A stretch of 64,000 nucleotides of DNA. Source: a virus. The stretch lies in the IMG/VR virus record IMGVR_UViG_3300047510_002509, one strand, 5' to 3'. Below are positions 1 through 9,714 of this stretch, one piece after another. The position numbers and the translations under genes were made by a program. The notes below the pieces were generated by a model. That model saw only the letters and a list, made by a program, of their open reading frames with translations, was not told the origin of the DNA and searched no databases. Each line of letters starts with the position of its first letter. The stretch's first letter is position 1.

Positions 1-2
1 TG

Positions 3-1151
3 TCTGATGTCGCTTCAGCATTCGAGAAGCGTATTCATGCTCTACGCCGTGTAAATGGCGGAGATGGAGAACAACACATCGTTGCATCTATCTCAACTTC
101 TTTCCCAGAAGAGCGCACTCTTTCAACAGATGCAGAATCTAACTGGGCAAAGATTCAGAACGTAGTTTCACCTGAAGCCATTGTGGCTGCTGGTGGACAC
201 GTTGCACCTTTCGAAGTCCGCTACGACATCTTCGGACTAGGAACTACAGCACGTCCAGTACGTGATGCACTTCCTCGTTTCCAAGCTGACCGTGGTGGTA
301 TTCGTTTTATTACCCCACCAGTTCTTTCAGACTACGCTAACGCTGTTGGTGTATGGACTGCTGCTAACGATGCAGCTACAACTCCATCACCTGCATCAAA
401 GGCTAGCTTGACTGTAACAGCTGCTGGCGAGAACACAGTTGCAACAGACGCTGTAACTCTCCAAATGCAGTTCGGTAACCTCGCAACTCGTGCATATCCA
501 GAACTAATTGCTCGCCACAATGAGCTTGGTTTGATTCAGCACGCTCGTGAGGCAGAGCAGAACCTTCTAGCGAAGATTGCTGATGGCTCAACAGCTGTTA
601 CAACTTCTTCACTAATCGGTTTCGGTCGTGACTTCCTAGTACAGGTTGGTCGCGCTGCAACTGCTTACCGTTCACGTCACCGTCTAGAAGCAGATGCTTC
701 CCTTCGCGTAATTATCCCAGCATGGGTTAAGGATGCAATGGCAGCAGATCTTGCTCTATCAATGCCTGGTGACAGCATGCTAAATGCATACGGTGAAATT
801 GATGGCTACCTTGCAGCTCGCAACGTAGTTGTTTCATTCTCACTAGACCAGAACGTCTACGGCGCTCAGGGTGCAACTGCACTTGTTGAGTTCGCAGACA
901 GCTTCACATGGTACCTATTCGCAGAAGGAACATTCTTGTTCCTAGATGGCGGAACTTTGGACCTTGGAATCATCCGCGATTCATCTCTAGTCGGTACAAA
1001 CGACTACAAGATGTTCGTAGAAACATTCGAAGGTGTTGCAAAGGTCGGTATCGAAGGTCTTGCAATTACTTCATCCATTAGCATCAACGGTGTAGCTGCT
1101 GCTCTCCGCGATACTACTGGTGGAGCAACTGCTGCTGCAGTCGAATACTAA
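3..1151 (+). CDS. Major capsid (hexamer-type) protein, 5'-truncated by window edge
   Basis: The frame is open from nt 3 (SDVASAFEKR...) through the tracked ORF at 183. Motif IVAAGGHVAPFEVRYD, RGGIRF and TLDLGIIRDSSLVGTNDYKMFVETFEG recall cluster-B/Rosebush-type actinophage capsids. It is the first gene of the structural run. Confidence 0.85.
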   Translation, partial: SDVASAFEKRIHALRRVNGGDGEQHIVASISTSFPEERTLSTDAESNWAKIQNVVSPEAIVAAGGHVAPFEVRYDIFGLGTTARPVRDALPRFQADRGGIRFITPPVLSDYANAVGVWTAANDAATTPSPASKASLTVTAAGENTVATDAVTLQMQFGNLATRAYPELIARHNELGLIQHAREAEQNLLAKIADGSTAVTTSSLIGFGRDFLVQVGRAATAYRSRHRLEADASLRVIIPAWVKDAMAADLALSMPGDSMLNAYGEIDGYLAARNVVVSFSLDQNVYGAQGATALVEFADSFTWYLFAEGTFLFLDGGTLDLGIIRDSSLVGTNDYKMFVETFEGVAKVGIEGLAITSSISINGVAAALRDTTGGATAAAVEY

Positions 1152-1201
1152 AATTCGATAAATAACACGTAGGCAACGCTTAGGAAACGAAGGAGTAAGA
1201 A

Positions 1202-2092
1202 ATGGCAACATTCAGAGGAGTATTTCCAGCGAATGGGTTAGTTCCTGCACCATGCGGTCTCCTAAGCGTTGCCCGTGTTATGAACCACACGGGCAGGGAG
1301 ACCGACGAAAGATGGGTTCGTCGTTTTTCACAAGAGTTTGACTCAATCCCATCATATCTACGTCTTTTAACAGTAAATGATGAAGTAATTGCAAATGGCG
1401 AGCTCTATGACGGAGCTGGCGAAGATAAGTACATTGATTACGTTCCATTTTATGTAGACGCTGAACTTTTTGATTCAACATTTAGCCTTCCAGGGGAAGA
1501 CCGCTTCGCACAAGTAGTTAAAGTGCTTGAGGCAGTCACACAGAAGGCAGTAGAAAGAGAATTCTGGGAGGGCGTAGCAGCTCAGGAAGAAACATCTGCC
1601 TCTGGCAATATGTATCTTCGCAAGAGTGGTGCTGCAACTATCCCAGTTTCTGGCGCTAAAAAGCCAGAGAACGCACTAATGATCCTAGAGCAAGCAATTG
1701 CTGACTCACCAACAGGTGAGAATGCAGTAATCCACATGACTCGTGATGTGGCTTCAATTCTAGGTTCTCGTCTTATTTATAAGAAGGGAAGCGATGAGAA
1801 TTCAGGAAGTGCTATGACACGTCTTGGAACTCATGTAGTTATTGGTTCGGGTTATACAGGTAACGGTCCTATTGGTGATACAAATGCTGCCGCATCTGCT
1901 ACCAACAAATGGATATATGCAACTGGCATGGTTGATGTTCATCTCGGTAAAGTCGAGATTGTAAATGAAAACTTAGCTCAGGGTGCAGATGTTACAATTA
2001 ATAACATGCGGATTAAGGCTTTTCGCCCTGCAGCTGCGTACGCAGATCCGTCGATTCATTACGCAATGCGAGTGACACTTCCTAATGACTAA
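1202..2092 (+). CDS. Second capsid protein (putative major capsid pentamer protein)
   Basis: Directly follows the capsid gene. PCGLLSVA, TRLGTHVVIGSGYTGNGP and WIYATG match my recollection of the pentamer-type partner. RBS GAAGGAG upstream. Confidence 0.6.
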   Translation: MATFRGVFPANGLVPAPCGLLSVARVMNHTGRETDERWVRRFSQEFDSIPSYLRLLTVNDEVIANGELYDGAGEDKYIDYVPFYVDAELFDSTFSLPGEDRFAQVVKVLEAVTQKAVEREFWEGVAAQEETSASGNMYLRKSGAATIPVSGAKKPENALMILEQAIADSPTGENAVIHMTRDVASILGSRLIYKKGSDENSGSAMTRLGTHVVIGSGYTGNGPIGDTNAAASATNKWIYATGMVDVHLGKVEIVNENLAQGADVTINNMRIKAFRPAAAYADPSIHYAMRVTLPND

Positions 2093-2127
2093 AAGCAACA
2101 ACAACATAGAATAAGGAGCACACTGGA

Positions 2128-3174
2128 ATGGCTACACAGGACTACGCGGCTAGCGTCCAAGGTGTGGCGATCCGAGTCACTCGACTGGACGCCGCTGGTA
2201 ACCTGCTTAATGGAGCAGGTGACTCTTACACCACCTCGGCGTTTCTTCGCGCATCATTCACCCCTGAATATGAAGAGGGTGACGAAATTGTAGAGAAGTC
2301 AGCAGACGGTACTGTATGCGTGTCATACAAAGCCCCTGACACTCTAAAGCGCATCACTATGGAGATCGCGATTTGCGAACCAGACACTGAGCTTTCAGCT
2401 CTAATGTCTGGCGGTCTACTTCTCCGCAAGAATTTTGGTTCTTATGCATCACCTGACAATAAGTCTATCGGTTGGGCCGCACCTGCCGTTGGCGATGACC
2501 CTGCAGGTAACGGAGTTTCAATTGAAGTATGGTCTTTCGCAGTAAAGGATGGCAAGCGTGACACCACACTTCCATACTTCTACTGGGTATTCCCATATTG
2601 CAAGCTTCGTCAGTCAGGCGACCGTGTTATTGAAAACGGTCTGCTTGCAAACACCTTCGAAGGCTACGGCCTTGGAAACCCTCAGTTTGAGACAGGTCTA
2701 GACGGACGCTGGGAGTTCCCAGTGGCTGCAGAGCGCCCATACTCATACTCACGCGCTTCATGGGCCCCAGAGGGTCTAAAGGGCTTCTACCGTTGGTTCG
2801 ACTTGTCAACCAAGACTGTAACTAACAAGGCTCTTACTTCAAACACTGCAACCCTTACAACTGGTTCTGCACACGGGTTTGAAGTTGGTCAGTCAGTATC
2901 AATTAGCGGTGTAGATGCTACCTTCAACGGTACTCACACTATTACCGCTGTTCCAACTGCTACAACCTTCCGCTTTGCTAAGACTGCATCAGATGTTGCA
3001 TCTGAAGCAGTAAGCCCAGCTGGTTCTGCAGTTCGTAACCGCGGGTACCTCGCAGTCACTGACTTCGACAACCAAGGTTCAGAGACTGGATTTAACGTTC
3101 CAGGTTCTGACACCTACAACCCAGATCTACCAATCGACTTCATCATTGCGTCGACTGAGGATCCAACCGCCTAG
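2128..3174 (+). CDS. Major tail (tube) protein with inserted beta-sandwich repeat
   Basis: RVTRLDAAG, EEGDEIVEKSADGTVCV and YFYWVFP are typical of actinophage tail tubes. It carries one HGF-type ~60 aa repeat near the C-terminus. Confidence 0.8.
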   Translation: MATQDYAASVQGVAIRVTRLDAAGNLLNGAGDSYTTSAFLRASFTPEYEEGDEIVEKSADGTVCVSYKAPDTLKRITMEIAICEPDTELSALMSGGLLLRKNFGSYASPDNKSIGWAAPAVGDDPAGNGVSIEVWSFAVKDGKRDTTLPYFYWVFPYCKLRQSGDRVIENGLLANTFEGYGLGNPQFETGLDGRWEFPVAAERPYSYSRASWAPEGLKGFYRWFDLSTKTVTNKALTSNTATLTTGSAHGFEVGQSVSISGVDATFNGTHTITAVPTATTFRFAKTASDVASEAVSPAGSAVRNRGYLAVTDFDNQGSETGFNVPGSDTYNPDLPIDFIIASTEDPTA

Positions 3175-3190
3175 TAGTAGTAAGAAAAAG

Positions 3191-3238
3191 GGGCGGGCAG
3201 ATGCCGTTTGTGTTTAGCACTCGGTTCCCTGCCCGCCC
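3191..3238 (+). terminator. GC-rich stem-loop after tail tube gene
   Basis: GGGCGGGCAG (3191-3200) pairs with CTGCCCGCCC (3229-3238), followed by TTATT. Confidence 0.6.
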
Positions 3239-3266
3239 TTATTCACATCTGTAAGAAAGGGACGAA

Positions 3267-4406
3267 ATGAGCAACCTCTGGGTCGATACAGAAGAGTTAG
3301 GTATCTATGCCGAATCTGACTACGCCTACGAAGCTGTCAAAACCGCTTCTTACATGCTTTGGGCAATGTCAGGCCGTAAATTTTCAGGAACAACTACAGT
3401 AACGGAACGTTATGTCTCGGTTTATGACCCGTATCTTCGTGCTGGCGCTTCTCGCTTGTCTTATTCTCCTACCCTTATTAATGGTCAGGTAGAAAACCTC
3501 CCTCAGGGTGGATTTGGAAGTAGCTCTCATCATGACTTTTTGGGAGATGGAACTTCTTCTTATCAAAGAGTTCGTCTTCGTGGACGTAAGGTAGTTCGAG
3601 TACACGCTCTCCGCACAGGTGATGGTGACATTGTTGACCCAAATACTTATTATTTAGCTGACCACTCAACTATCTATGGAACTCCTAACGCTCTATGGAC
3701 TCCTTCAAACGTAGAAGTTACATATACATATGGTTCTCCGCCTCCAGTTGCAGGTAAAGCAGCTGCTCGCATTCTTGCTACAGAGCTTGTAAAGATGTAT
3801 GAAGGTGACGACACCTGTGCCCTGCCTCAACGTGTGACTTCTGTATCTCGCCAAGGTGTTACTTACACAGTTTTAGATTCACAGGATTTTATTGATGACC
3901 TTCGTACTGGTGTCTACGCTGTTGACCTTTTCTTAAAGACTGCAAACCCAGACAAAGCCCGTGCTCGTTCCCGTGTGTTCTCCCCCGATACTCCTCGTGC
4001 TCGTCGTATTATTGGTCAGGCACCTGCTTTCGAGCTATCTGCCTTTGACTTGTACTTTAACCAAGAGGGCGGAACAAACATTTACTATCTCGATGAGTTC
4101 GGCGGCGACTTCCTAACTGCAGACAATGCTTGGACTGTGTCGGCAACTGTTTCTAATTACACAAACACCTCAAGCACTACTTTTGAGAATGCCGCGGTTC
4201 TAGACAGAACTGAAGGAACAATCCGACTAAGCCTTAACTACACAGACATTCTTCCAATCCTTGGTACTCGTGACCCAGGAACATTAGACCTCTATGCAAC
4301 AAGACCAAGCCTTGGGAACCCAGAAGTTGATGAAGTAATAAATCTTTTGACAAGTAATGTTATTTATCAACTAGGAAACCCTGTAACCCCAATAGTTCTA
4401 CCTTAG
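3267..4406 (+). CDS. Head-to-tail adaptor protein with C-terminal extension
   Basis: ASYMLWAMSGRKF, CALPQRVTSVSRQGVT and TGVYAVDLFL motifs plus gene position. Confidence 0.7.
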   Translation: MSNLWVDTEELGIYAESDYAYEAVKTASYMLWAMSGRKFSGTTTVTERYVSVYDPYLRAGASRLSYSPTLINGQVENLPQGGFGSSSHHDFLGDGTSSYQRVRLRGRKVVRVHALRTGDGDIVDPNTYYLADHSTIYGTPNALWTPSNVEVTYTYGSPPPVAGKAAARILATELVKMYEGDDTCALPQRVTSVSRQGVTYTVLDSQDFIDDLRTGVYAVDLFLKTANPDKARARSRVFSPDTPRARRIIGQAPAFELSAFDLYFNQEGGTNIYYLDEFGGDFLTADNAWTVSATVSNYTNTSSTTFENAAVLDRTEGTIRLSLNYTDILPILGTRDPGTLDLYATRPSLGNPEVDEVINLLTSNVIYQLGNPVTPIVLP

Positions 4407-4421
4407 AGACGGAGATAGACA

Positions 4422-4928
4422 ATGGCACTTCCAAACGTGACTGGTGTGTCAAATGACGCTAAGAATCTGGCTAATTTGATGCAAGATGTTTTAAATAGAG
4501 TTATTAATGTTTACCAGTCTTATGACATGCCACTTCCAGCGCGACGTTACTGGAATATTGCTACTCCAGTAGTCGACTGCGAACAACTTGTTGTGTCTAT
4601 GATTCAAATGTATGTAGGAACTCCAGGTGATGAGGCCACAGAGCCACGCCGATGCACAGACCCTCGTTCTGTGACTCTTAACATCTCGGTCTCCCGCGAG
4701 GTCCCAATTGTTCAACAAAACGGTCAACCACCTCTAGCTGACGATATTCAAACAGCCGCTGTGGTGGCAGCCTATGACGCATGGATTCTTATGGAAAGCA
4801 TTAATCAGTTTGATTCTTGGGCTACTAATGGACCATTTGGTATGGGAGTTATTGCAACTGTCGACTCCGCACCTCCTGAGGGTGGATTTCAGACAACTCG
4901 TATGACAATCACAATGGTGGTTCCATAA
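4422..4928 (+). CDS. Putative tail terminator/connector protein
   Basis: Position in the head-tail module. VVDCEQL and PEGGF motifs are seen in such connectors. Confidence 0.45.
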   Translation: MALPNVTGVSNDAKNLANLMQDVLNRVINVYQSYDMPLPARRYWNIATPVVDCEQLVVSMIQMYVGTPGDEATEPRRCTDPRSVTLNISVSREVPIVQQNGQPPLADDIQTAAVVAAYDAWILMESINQFDSWATNGPFGMGVIATVDSAPPEGGFQTTRMTITMVVP

Positions 4929-5320
4929 TGGCAGCTCGAGTTAGATTTATTGAATACAAGCCAGGAATGGAACAACTACTTCGTAGTCCACAAGGTGCTG
5001 TAGGAAAAGATTTAAGAAAACGTGGTCTTAGGGTACAAGCAGGAGCTAAGGCTCAGGTTGGTGTAAAAACTGGAGCACTTAGAGCGTCTATCCACATGAG
5101 ACATATGAATGACACCAGAGGTCAGTACGTAAGAATTGGCTCAAACCTTAGCTATGCAAAAGCTCATCATGAGGGTGCATCTCCGCACATTATTAAGCCA
5201 AATAGAAAACAAGTTCTAAGATTTGCTACAAAAGGTCAAATTATTTTTGCCCATGTAGTGAAGCATCCAGGTACAAAACCTAACCGTTATCTAACAGATA
5301 ACCTCAGGTTAGCTGGGTAA
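4928..5320 (+). CDS. HK97 gp10-like neck/tail-completion protein
   Basis: VKTGALRASI, YAKAHHEG and VKHPGTKPNRYL motifs. Confidence 0.7.
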   Translation: MAARVRFIEYKPGMEQLLRSPQGAVGKDLRKRGLRVQAGAKAQVGVKTGALRASIHMRHMNDTRGQYVRIGSNLSYAKAHHEGASPHIIKPNRKQVLRFATKGQIIFAHVVKHPGTKPNRYLTDNLRLAG

Positions 5321-5350
5321 AATAGAGGTACCTACTACACCAGTAGTAGG
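5318..5350 (+). promoter_or_regulatory. Putative -10 element (TAAAAT) followed by 5' hairpin
   Basis: TAAAAT at 5318-5323. Perfect 8-bp stem CCTACTAC/GTAGTAGG at 5331-5350 upstream of the chaperone gene. Confidence 0.4.
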
Positions 5351-5374
5351 AACGACACAAACAAAGGAAATAAG

Positions 5375-5722
5375 ATGACAAACCGATTCAAGGACTTCGG
5401 TGGCAGTCTTGCAGAAAAGACCCCACTTTCGTTCAAGATTCATGATGAAGAGTTTCACTGCCGCCCAGCAATTCAGGGCAAGGTGCTTCTCAACATTGTG
5501 GCTAATGCAGATGAGTCAGATGGTGCAGCGGTAGCAAAAACTATAAATGACTTCTTCGAAACAACCCTAATGCCAGAGAGCTTGGAGCGTTTTAACTCTT
5601 TGCTCACTGACCCAGAAAAAATCGTCACCGTTGATACTCTTGGTGAAATTACTGCATGGCTTGTAGAGGAGTATTCAAGCCGCCCTACGCAGCAGCCAGA
5701 GCCTTCATCGAGTGGGCAGTAG
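5375..5722 (+). CDS. Tail assembly chaperone (gpG-like)
   Basis: Two ORFs upstream of the tape measure. Ends in EEYSSRPT, with an overlapping -1 frame ORF. Confidence 0.75.
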   Translation: MTNRFKDFGGSLAEKTPLSFKIHDEEFHCRPAIQGKVLLNIVANADESDGAAVAKTINDFFETTLMPESLERFNSLLTDPEKIVTVDTLGEITAWLVEEYSSRPTQQPEPSSSGQ

Positions 5723-6090
5723 ATCTCTGGCCTTACGTTAATGGGAAAGCACTTGTGAGCGGGCTGAAACTAGCTGAAATGGACTCGTCAGATATGGTCG
5801 ACGTCCTTCACTACTATTTTGAAGATGACTTAAGTGTTGTCTCTCAAGAAGAAGTAGCAGCAAAGTCAGAGTCTCGTTCAGTGATCTACAGAACGTTGTA
5901 CGGCACGACTTACAAGTACAGAGTTGACACTGGAGTCAAATCGACAACAGCGTCTGGCTCGCATTCTTACGATGATCTAGTTCCATTTGATCCATCGAAT
6001 AGCGTAACAAAACCATATGTACCGCCAACTGATTTTGACGCAGATATGTCAAAACCATTTGGCACAGTTCTTGACGCACCGCTCGGCTAA
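5656..6090 (+). CDS. Tail assembly chaperone -1 frame extension (gpT-like)
   Basis: Overlaps the previous ORF in the -1 frame and lies immediately before the tape measure. Confidence 0.65.
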   Translation: MACRGVFKPPYAAARAFIEWAVDLWPYVNGKALVSGLKLAEMDSSDMVDVLHYYFEDDLSVVSQEEVAAKSESRSVIYRTLYGTTYKYRVDTGVKSTTASGSHSYDDLVPFDPSNSVTKPYVPPTDFDADMSKPFGTVLDAPLG

Positions 6091-6113
6091 GCAGATATTG
6101 GAGGTGATGGCAC

Positions 6114-9100
6114 ATGGCAGTTGTAGGTGAAGCACATGTAATTGTTCGTGCTATCACGAACAGAGTAAGGCCTGATATTGAAAAGGCTTTTACAGGTCTT
6201 ACAAGCATTGGAGAAAATGCTGGTAGAGATATTGGTGACTCTTTCAATAGAGGCTTAGCCAGCGGTGACAAGAGCAGAGGCGGGCTTTTTAGTGCTAAAT
6301 TCAGAAAAGAAGCAGATGAAGCTCGTCTTAAATTAGACAGACTTATCACTACAGGCTACATCCTTGGTCCAGCTCTTACTGGTCTTGTAGGAGCTGTTGG
6401 TGCATTAGGTGGTGGTCTTCTAACTCTTGGTGCTACCGCTACTGCTGTGGCCGCTGGAGGACTAGTTGCTATTGCTGGAACACTAACAGCTATAGGACAA
6501 GCGGCTATTACAGCTAAGTTAGCTTTTTCTGGTGTTTCTGAGGCCTTGTCTGCTGGAATTAAAAACCAAAAGGCTTCCGCAAGCAATGACAAAGCTTTAG
6601 CAGCTGCTAAGCGAAGAGTGGCAGATGCATCTTTAAGGCTAGAACGTCTTCAAACAGAAGCAAAGCCAGAACTTCTTGCACGACTTACTCAAAATCAAGT
6701 TGACGCTGAAGAAAATCTTGCAGATGCAAAAATTTCTGCATCTCGTTCTGAGCGTTCTTATAGAGATGCTCAAGAAAACACAAAGCGTACGGTTGAGCGA
6801 CTAACTAAAGCTCGCGAAGATGCTATTGAGACACTTCAACAACTTCGTTTTGAGGTTGAGGGTGGTGCTATCTCTGAAAAGAAGGCACGCCTTGAGTTTA
6901 TTAAAGCTCGTGAAGCTCTTCAACGTGTTCAAGACCTACCTCCAAACTCTCGTGCACGTCAAGAAGCAGAGCTTGCATTCGCCGAGGCTGATCTAAATCT
7001 TCGCAAGGCTATTGACCGTAACTCAGACCTTAAAAAGGCAGAAACAGATCAAGCTAAAACTGTTACAGCAAATAGACAAACTGCTATTCAAGACACTAAT
7101 GAGTATAGAGATGCGCTAGAGGCTCAAAATGATGCAGCTATTGACCTTGCAAAATCTCAGAAGGCGGTTACAGATGCTCAGAAAGCAGTTACAGATGCAA
7201 CCAACGAAGCTACAGATGATCCTAAAGTAAGTAAAGCTGTACGAGACATAAATCGTCAAATTGCCGATGCAATTCGTGATGTCGCCGATGCTGAAAAAGA
7301 TAGAGACGATGCTGCAAAGGGTCCTGGAGCAGACGCCTATGCTGATGCTCTTTCTAATCTATCTCCAGCTGCTCAGGAGTTTGTAAAATATTTAGTAAGC
7401 ATTCAGGGTGAGTTTAAAAAGCTAAAAGCAGCAGCTGGTGAAGAGCTTTTCCCTAAGCTTGAGACAGCAATTGACAATCTTGTAAAAAATCTTTTCCCAA
7501 CTCTTATCCCGCTCCTTCGTGACACTGGCGGTGTTCTGGGCGATATTGCTATTGATTTCTCGAACGCAGTCACCGAGGGTAAAAACCTAGACAATCTAAA
7601 AACTGTATGGAAAAACAATGACGAACTACTTAGAAGACTCGGTAAGGGTGCCTCTGGGTTCTACGGAGGACTTCTTGCCCTTTTAGCTGCCGCCGAGCCT
7701 TTGATTGACAAGTTTGGTTTGTGGATTCAACGTCTAGGCGAGACCTTCGATAAGACAATGAAGGCTAAACAAGCAACTGGCGAACTAACAGAATTTTTTG
7801 AAAACATCAACCGAATTGCTAGCGGATTGGGTGGAGCATTTAAAGAAGGCTTTGGCGCTATTGGTGACATTATTGCCAATGTTATTGCTCCTGGTGGCGC
7901 TGCAGATATTTTTGTTAAGTACTTTGATGACACCTTCAGCAAGTGGAGAGAGTTCACCTCTGGTGGAGCAAATAATGATGGTCTCACTACCTTCTTAAAC
8001 AACCTAACAACCAACTTCACAAAAGTTCTTGACCTTATTGGGAACATTATTGGCGAAGCCGTAAAGATTGGTGCCACTCCACAATTTGGTGAATTTGTAG
8101 ATAAGCTAAATGAAGCAGTAGATATTTTTGGAGAAGTTGGTGTAGGACTATCTGACACACTCCCTGCTTTGGGTGACTTAGTTATTGAGTTTGCAAAATT
8201 TACTAAAGCATTAACTGAAAGTGGTGCTATAAAGATATTCTTTACCACTCTTACAGGCATCTTTAAAGTAGTTAACTCTATTATTAGTAGCCCGATTGCT
8301 CAGGGGTTGCTACTTGTTGCAGGTGGTGCTTTTGCGATTGTTCGAGCTTTTAGACTTGCGTTTAAAGCCGTTTCCTTCCTAGGTAAAGCTTTGTTTGGCA
8401 ATATTGCAGCATTTAGAAAAACTATTAGTAACTTAGACACTTTAAAAATTAGAGCCTTCCGAGCAGCAGTTTCTATGGATAAAACAACCGCAGCTGGAAG
8501 ACTAAAGAGGGGAATGCTGATTGGTCTAGGAAGAGCTGCTGGTATTGCTAGCAGAGGTCTTTCCCTACTAGGAGGACCTATTGGAATCCTTCTCCTCTTG
8601 GCTCCACTCATTATTGAAAATTGGGACAAGATTGTTGCTTTCTTTAAGGACTTTGGTCCAAAGGTTCTTGGGTTCTTCCAAGAAATGGGAACAAAAATTG
8701 GAGAATTCTTTAGCAATTTAGGAACTAGTATCTCTAACTGGTTTACTAAAGATTTTATCCCCTTCCTTCAAGGACTGCCAAAGAAGTTTATTACCGCAGT
8801 GGCTGGCTTCTGGGGCTGGATAACAGACCTACTAGGTGGGCTGTTCACTAACATTGGTAAATGGTTCACCAATACTTTGGTTCCTTTCCTTCTATCTATA
8901 CCTAGAACTTATATAAAGCTTGTCGCTGGATTCTGGGGTTGGATTTTTGACTTATTAGGAACTCTCTTTACAAATATCGGTAATTGGTTTGCAAACACTC
9001 TTGTTCCATTCCTATTAGGGATCCCAAAGAGGTATATCACTTTAATGGCTGGTTTCTGGGGCTGGATACTTGACCTTCTCGGGGGAGCATTTACAGCAAT

Positions 9101-9713
9101 TAGTGATTACTTCACAAAAACTGTTGTTCCATTTATCACGGGTCTGCCAAAACGATTTGCTGACGGTGCAAAAAATATTTGGAACTTCTTTACTGGTCTT
9201 CTTCAAACTGCCTACGACGGTGTTAAAACTAAATTTGATGAGATAGTCGGCTGGGTTAAAGGCTTACCATCTCGAATCGCTACCGCAGCTAAAAACGTTT
9301 GGAATGGGTTTAGAGATGGATTTAAAGACGCACTAAATTGGATTATTAACAAGTGGAATGCTTTTAGAATTGATGCAAGATTCCCGCCTGATTTTATTGT
9401 CCCATTCCTAAGAAATAAAGGATTTACTTTAGATACACCAAACATTCCTCCTCTTGCTAAGGGTGGAATTATTCCAGCAACTCCTAATGGAACACTGGCT
9501 CTTATTGGTGAAGCTGGTCGTTCAGAGCGTGTAGAGCCATTAGATCCAGATGGACTATCTAGAAGAGACAAAGCTCTAATAAGTTTCTTAAGTGGTGGTG
9601 CAAGTACAGGCGTGACCATCAACGTTCATCCTTCCGCTGGTATGGATGAGCGTGAGCTTGCAAGTCTCGTATCACGTCAGCTTGCTTATCAAATGAGACG
9701 AGGTGTTGCATAA
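6114..9713 (+). CDS. Tape measure protein
   Basis: 1199 aa, Ala/Gly-rich and helical. N-terminal VGEAHVIVRA, three ~40 aa FWGWI repeats, and C-terminal IPPLAKGG...LIGEAG..E.V.PL. Confidence 0.93.
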   Translation: MAVVGEAHVIVRAITNRVRPDIEKAFTGLTSIGENAGRDIGDSFNRGLASGDKSRGGLFSAKFRKEADEARLKLDRLITTGYILGPALTGLVGAVGALGGGLLTLGATATAVAAGGLVAIAGTLTAIGQAAITAKLAFSGVSEALSAGIKNQKASASNDKALAAAKRRVADASLRLERLQTEAKPELLARLTQNQVDAEENLADAKISASRSERSYRDAQENTKRTVERLTKAREDAIETLQQLRFEVEGGAISEKKARLEFIKAREALQRVQDLPPNSRARQEAELAFAEADLNLRKAIDRNSDLKKAETDQAKTVTANRQTAIQDTNEYRDALEAQNDAAIDLAKSQKAVTDAQKAVTDATNEATDDPKVSKAVRDINRQIADAIRDVADAEKDRDDAAKGPGADAYADALSNLSPAAQEFVKYLVSIQGEFKKLKAAAGEELFPKLETAIDNLVKNLFPTLIPLLRDTGGVLGDIAIDFSNAVTEGKNLDNLKTVWKNNDELLRRLGKGASGFYGGLLALLAAAEPLIDKFGLWIQRLGETFDKTMKAKQATGELTEFFENINRIASGLGGAFKEGFGAIGDIIANVIAPGGAADIFVKYFDDTFSKWREFTSGGANNDGLTTFLNNLTTNFTKVLDLIGNIIGEAVKIGATPQFGEFVDKLNEAVDIFGEVGVGLSDTLPALGDLVIEFAKFTKALTESGAIKIFFTTLTGIFKVVNSIISSPIAQGLLLVAGGAFAIVRAFRLAFKAVSFLGKALFGNIAAFRKTISNLDTLKIRAFRAAVSMDKTTAAGRLKRGMLIGLGRAAGIASRGLSLLGGPIGILLLLAPLIIENWDKIVAFFKDFGPKVLGFFQEMGTKIGEFFSNLGTSISNWFTKDFIPFLQGLPKKFITAVAGFWGWITDLLGGLFTNIGKWFTNTLVPFLLSIPRTYIKLVAGFWGWIFDLLGTLFTNIGNWFANTLVPFLLGIPKRYITLMAGFWGWILDLLGGAFTAISDYFTKTVVPFITGLPKRFADGAKNIWNFFTGLLQTAYDGVKTKFDEIVGWVKGLPSRIATAAKNVWNGFRDGFKDALNWIINKWNAFRIDARFPPDFIVPFLRNKGFTLDTPNIPPLAKGGIIPATPNGTLALIGEAGRSERVEPLDPDGLSRRDKALISFLSGGASTGVTINVHPSAGMDERELASLVSRQLAYQMRRGVA

Positions 9714-9714
9714 A

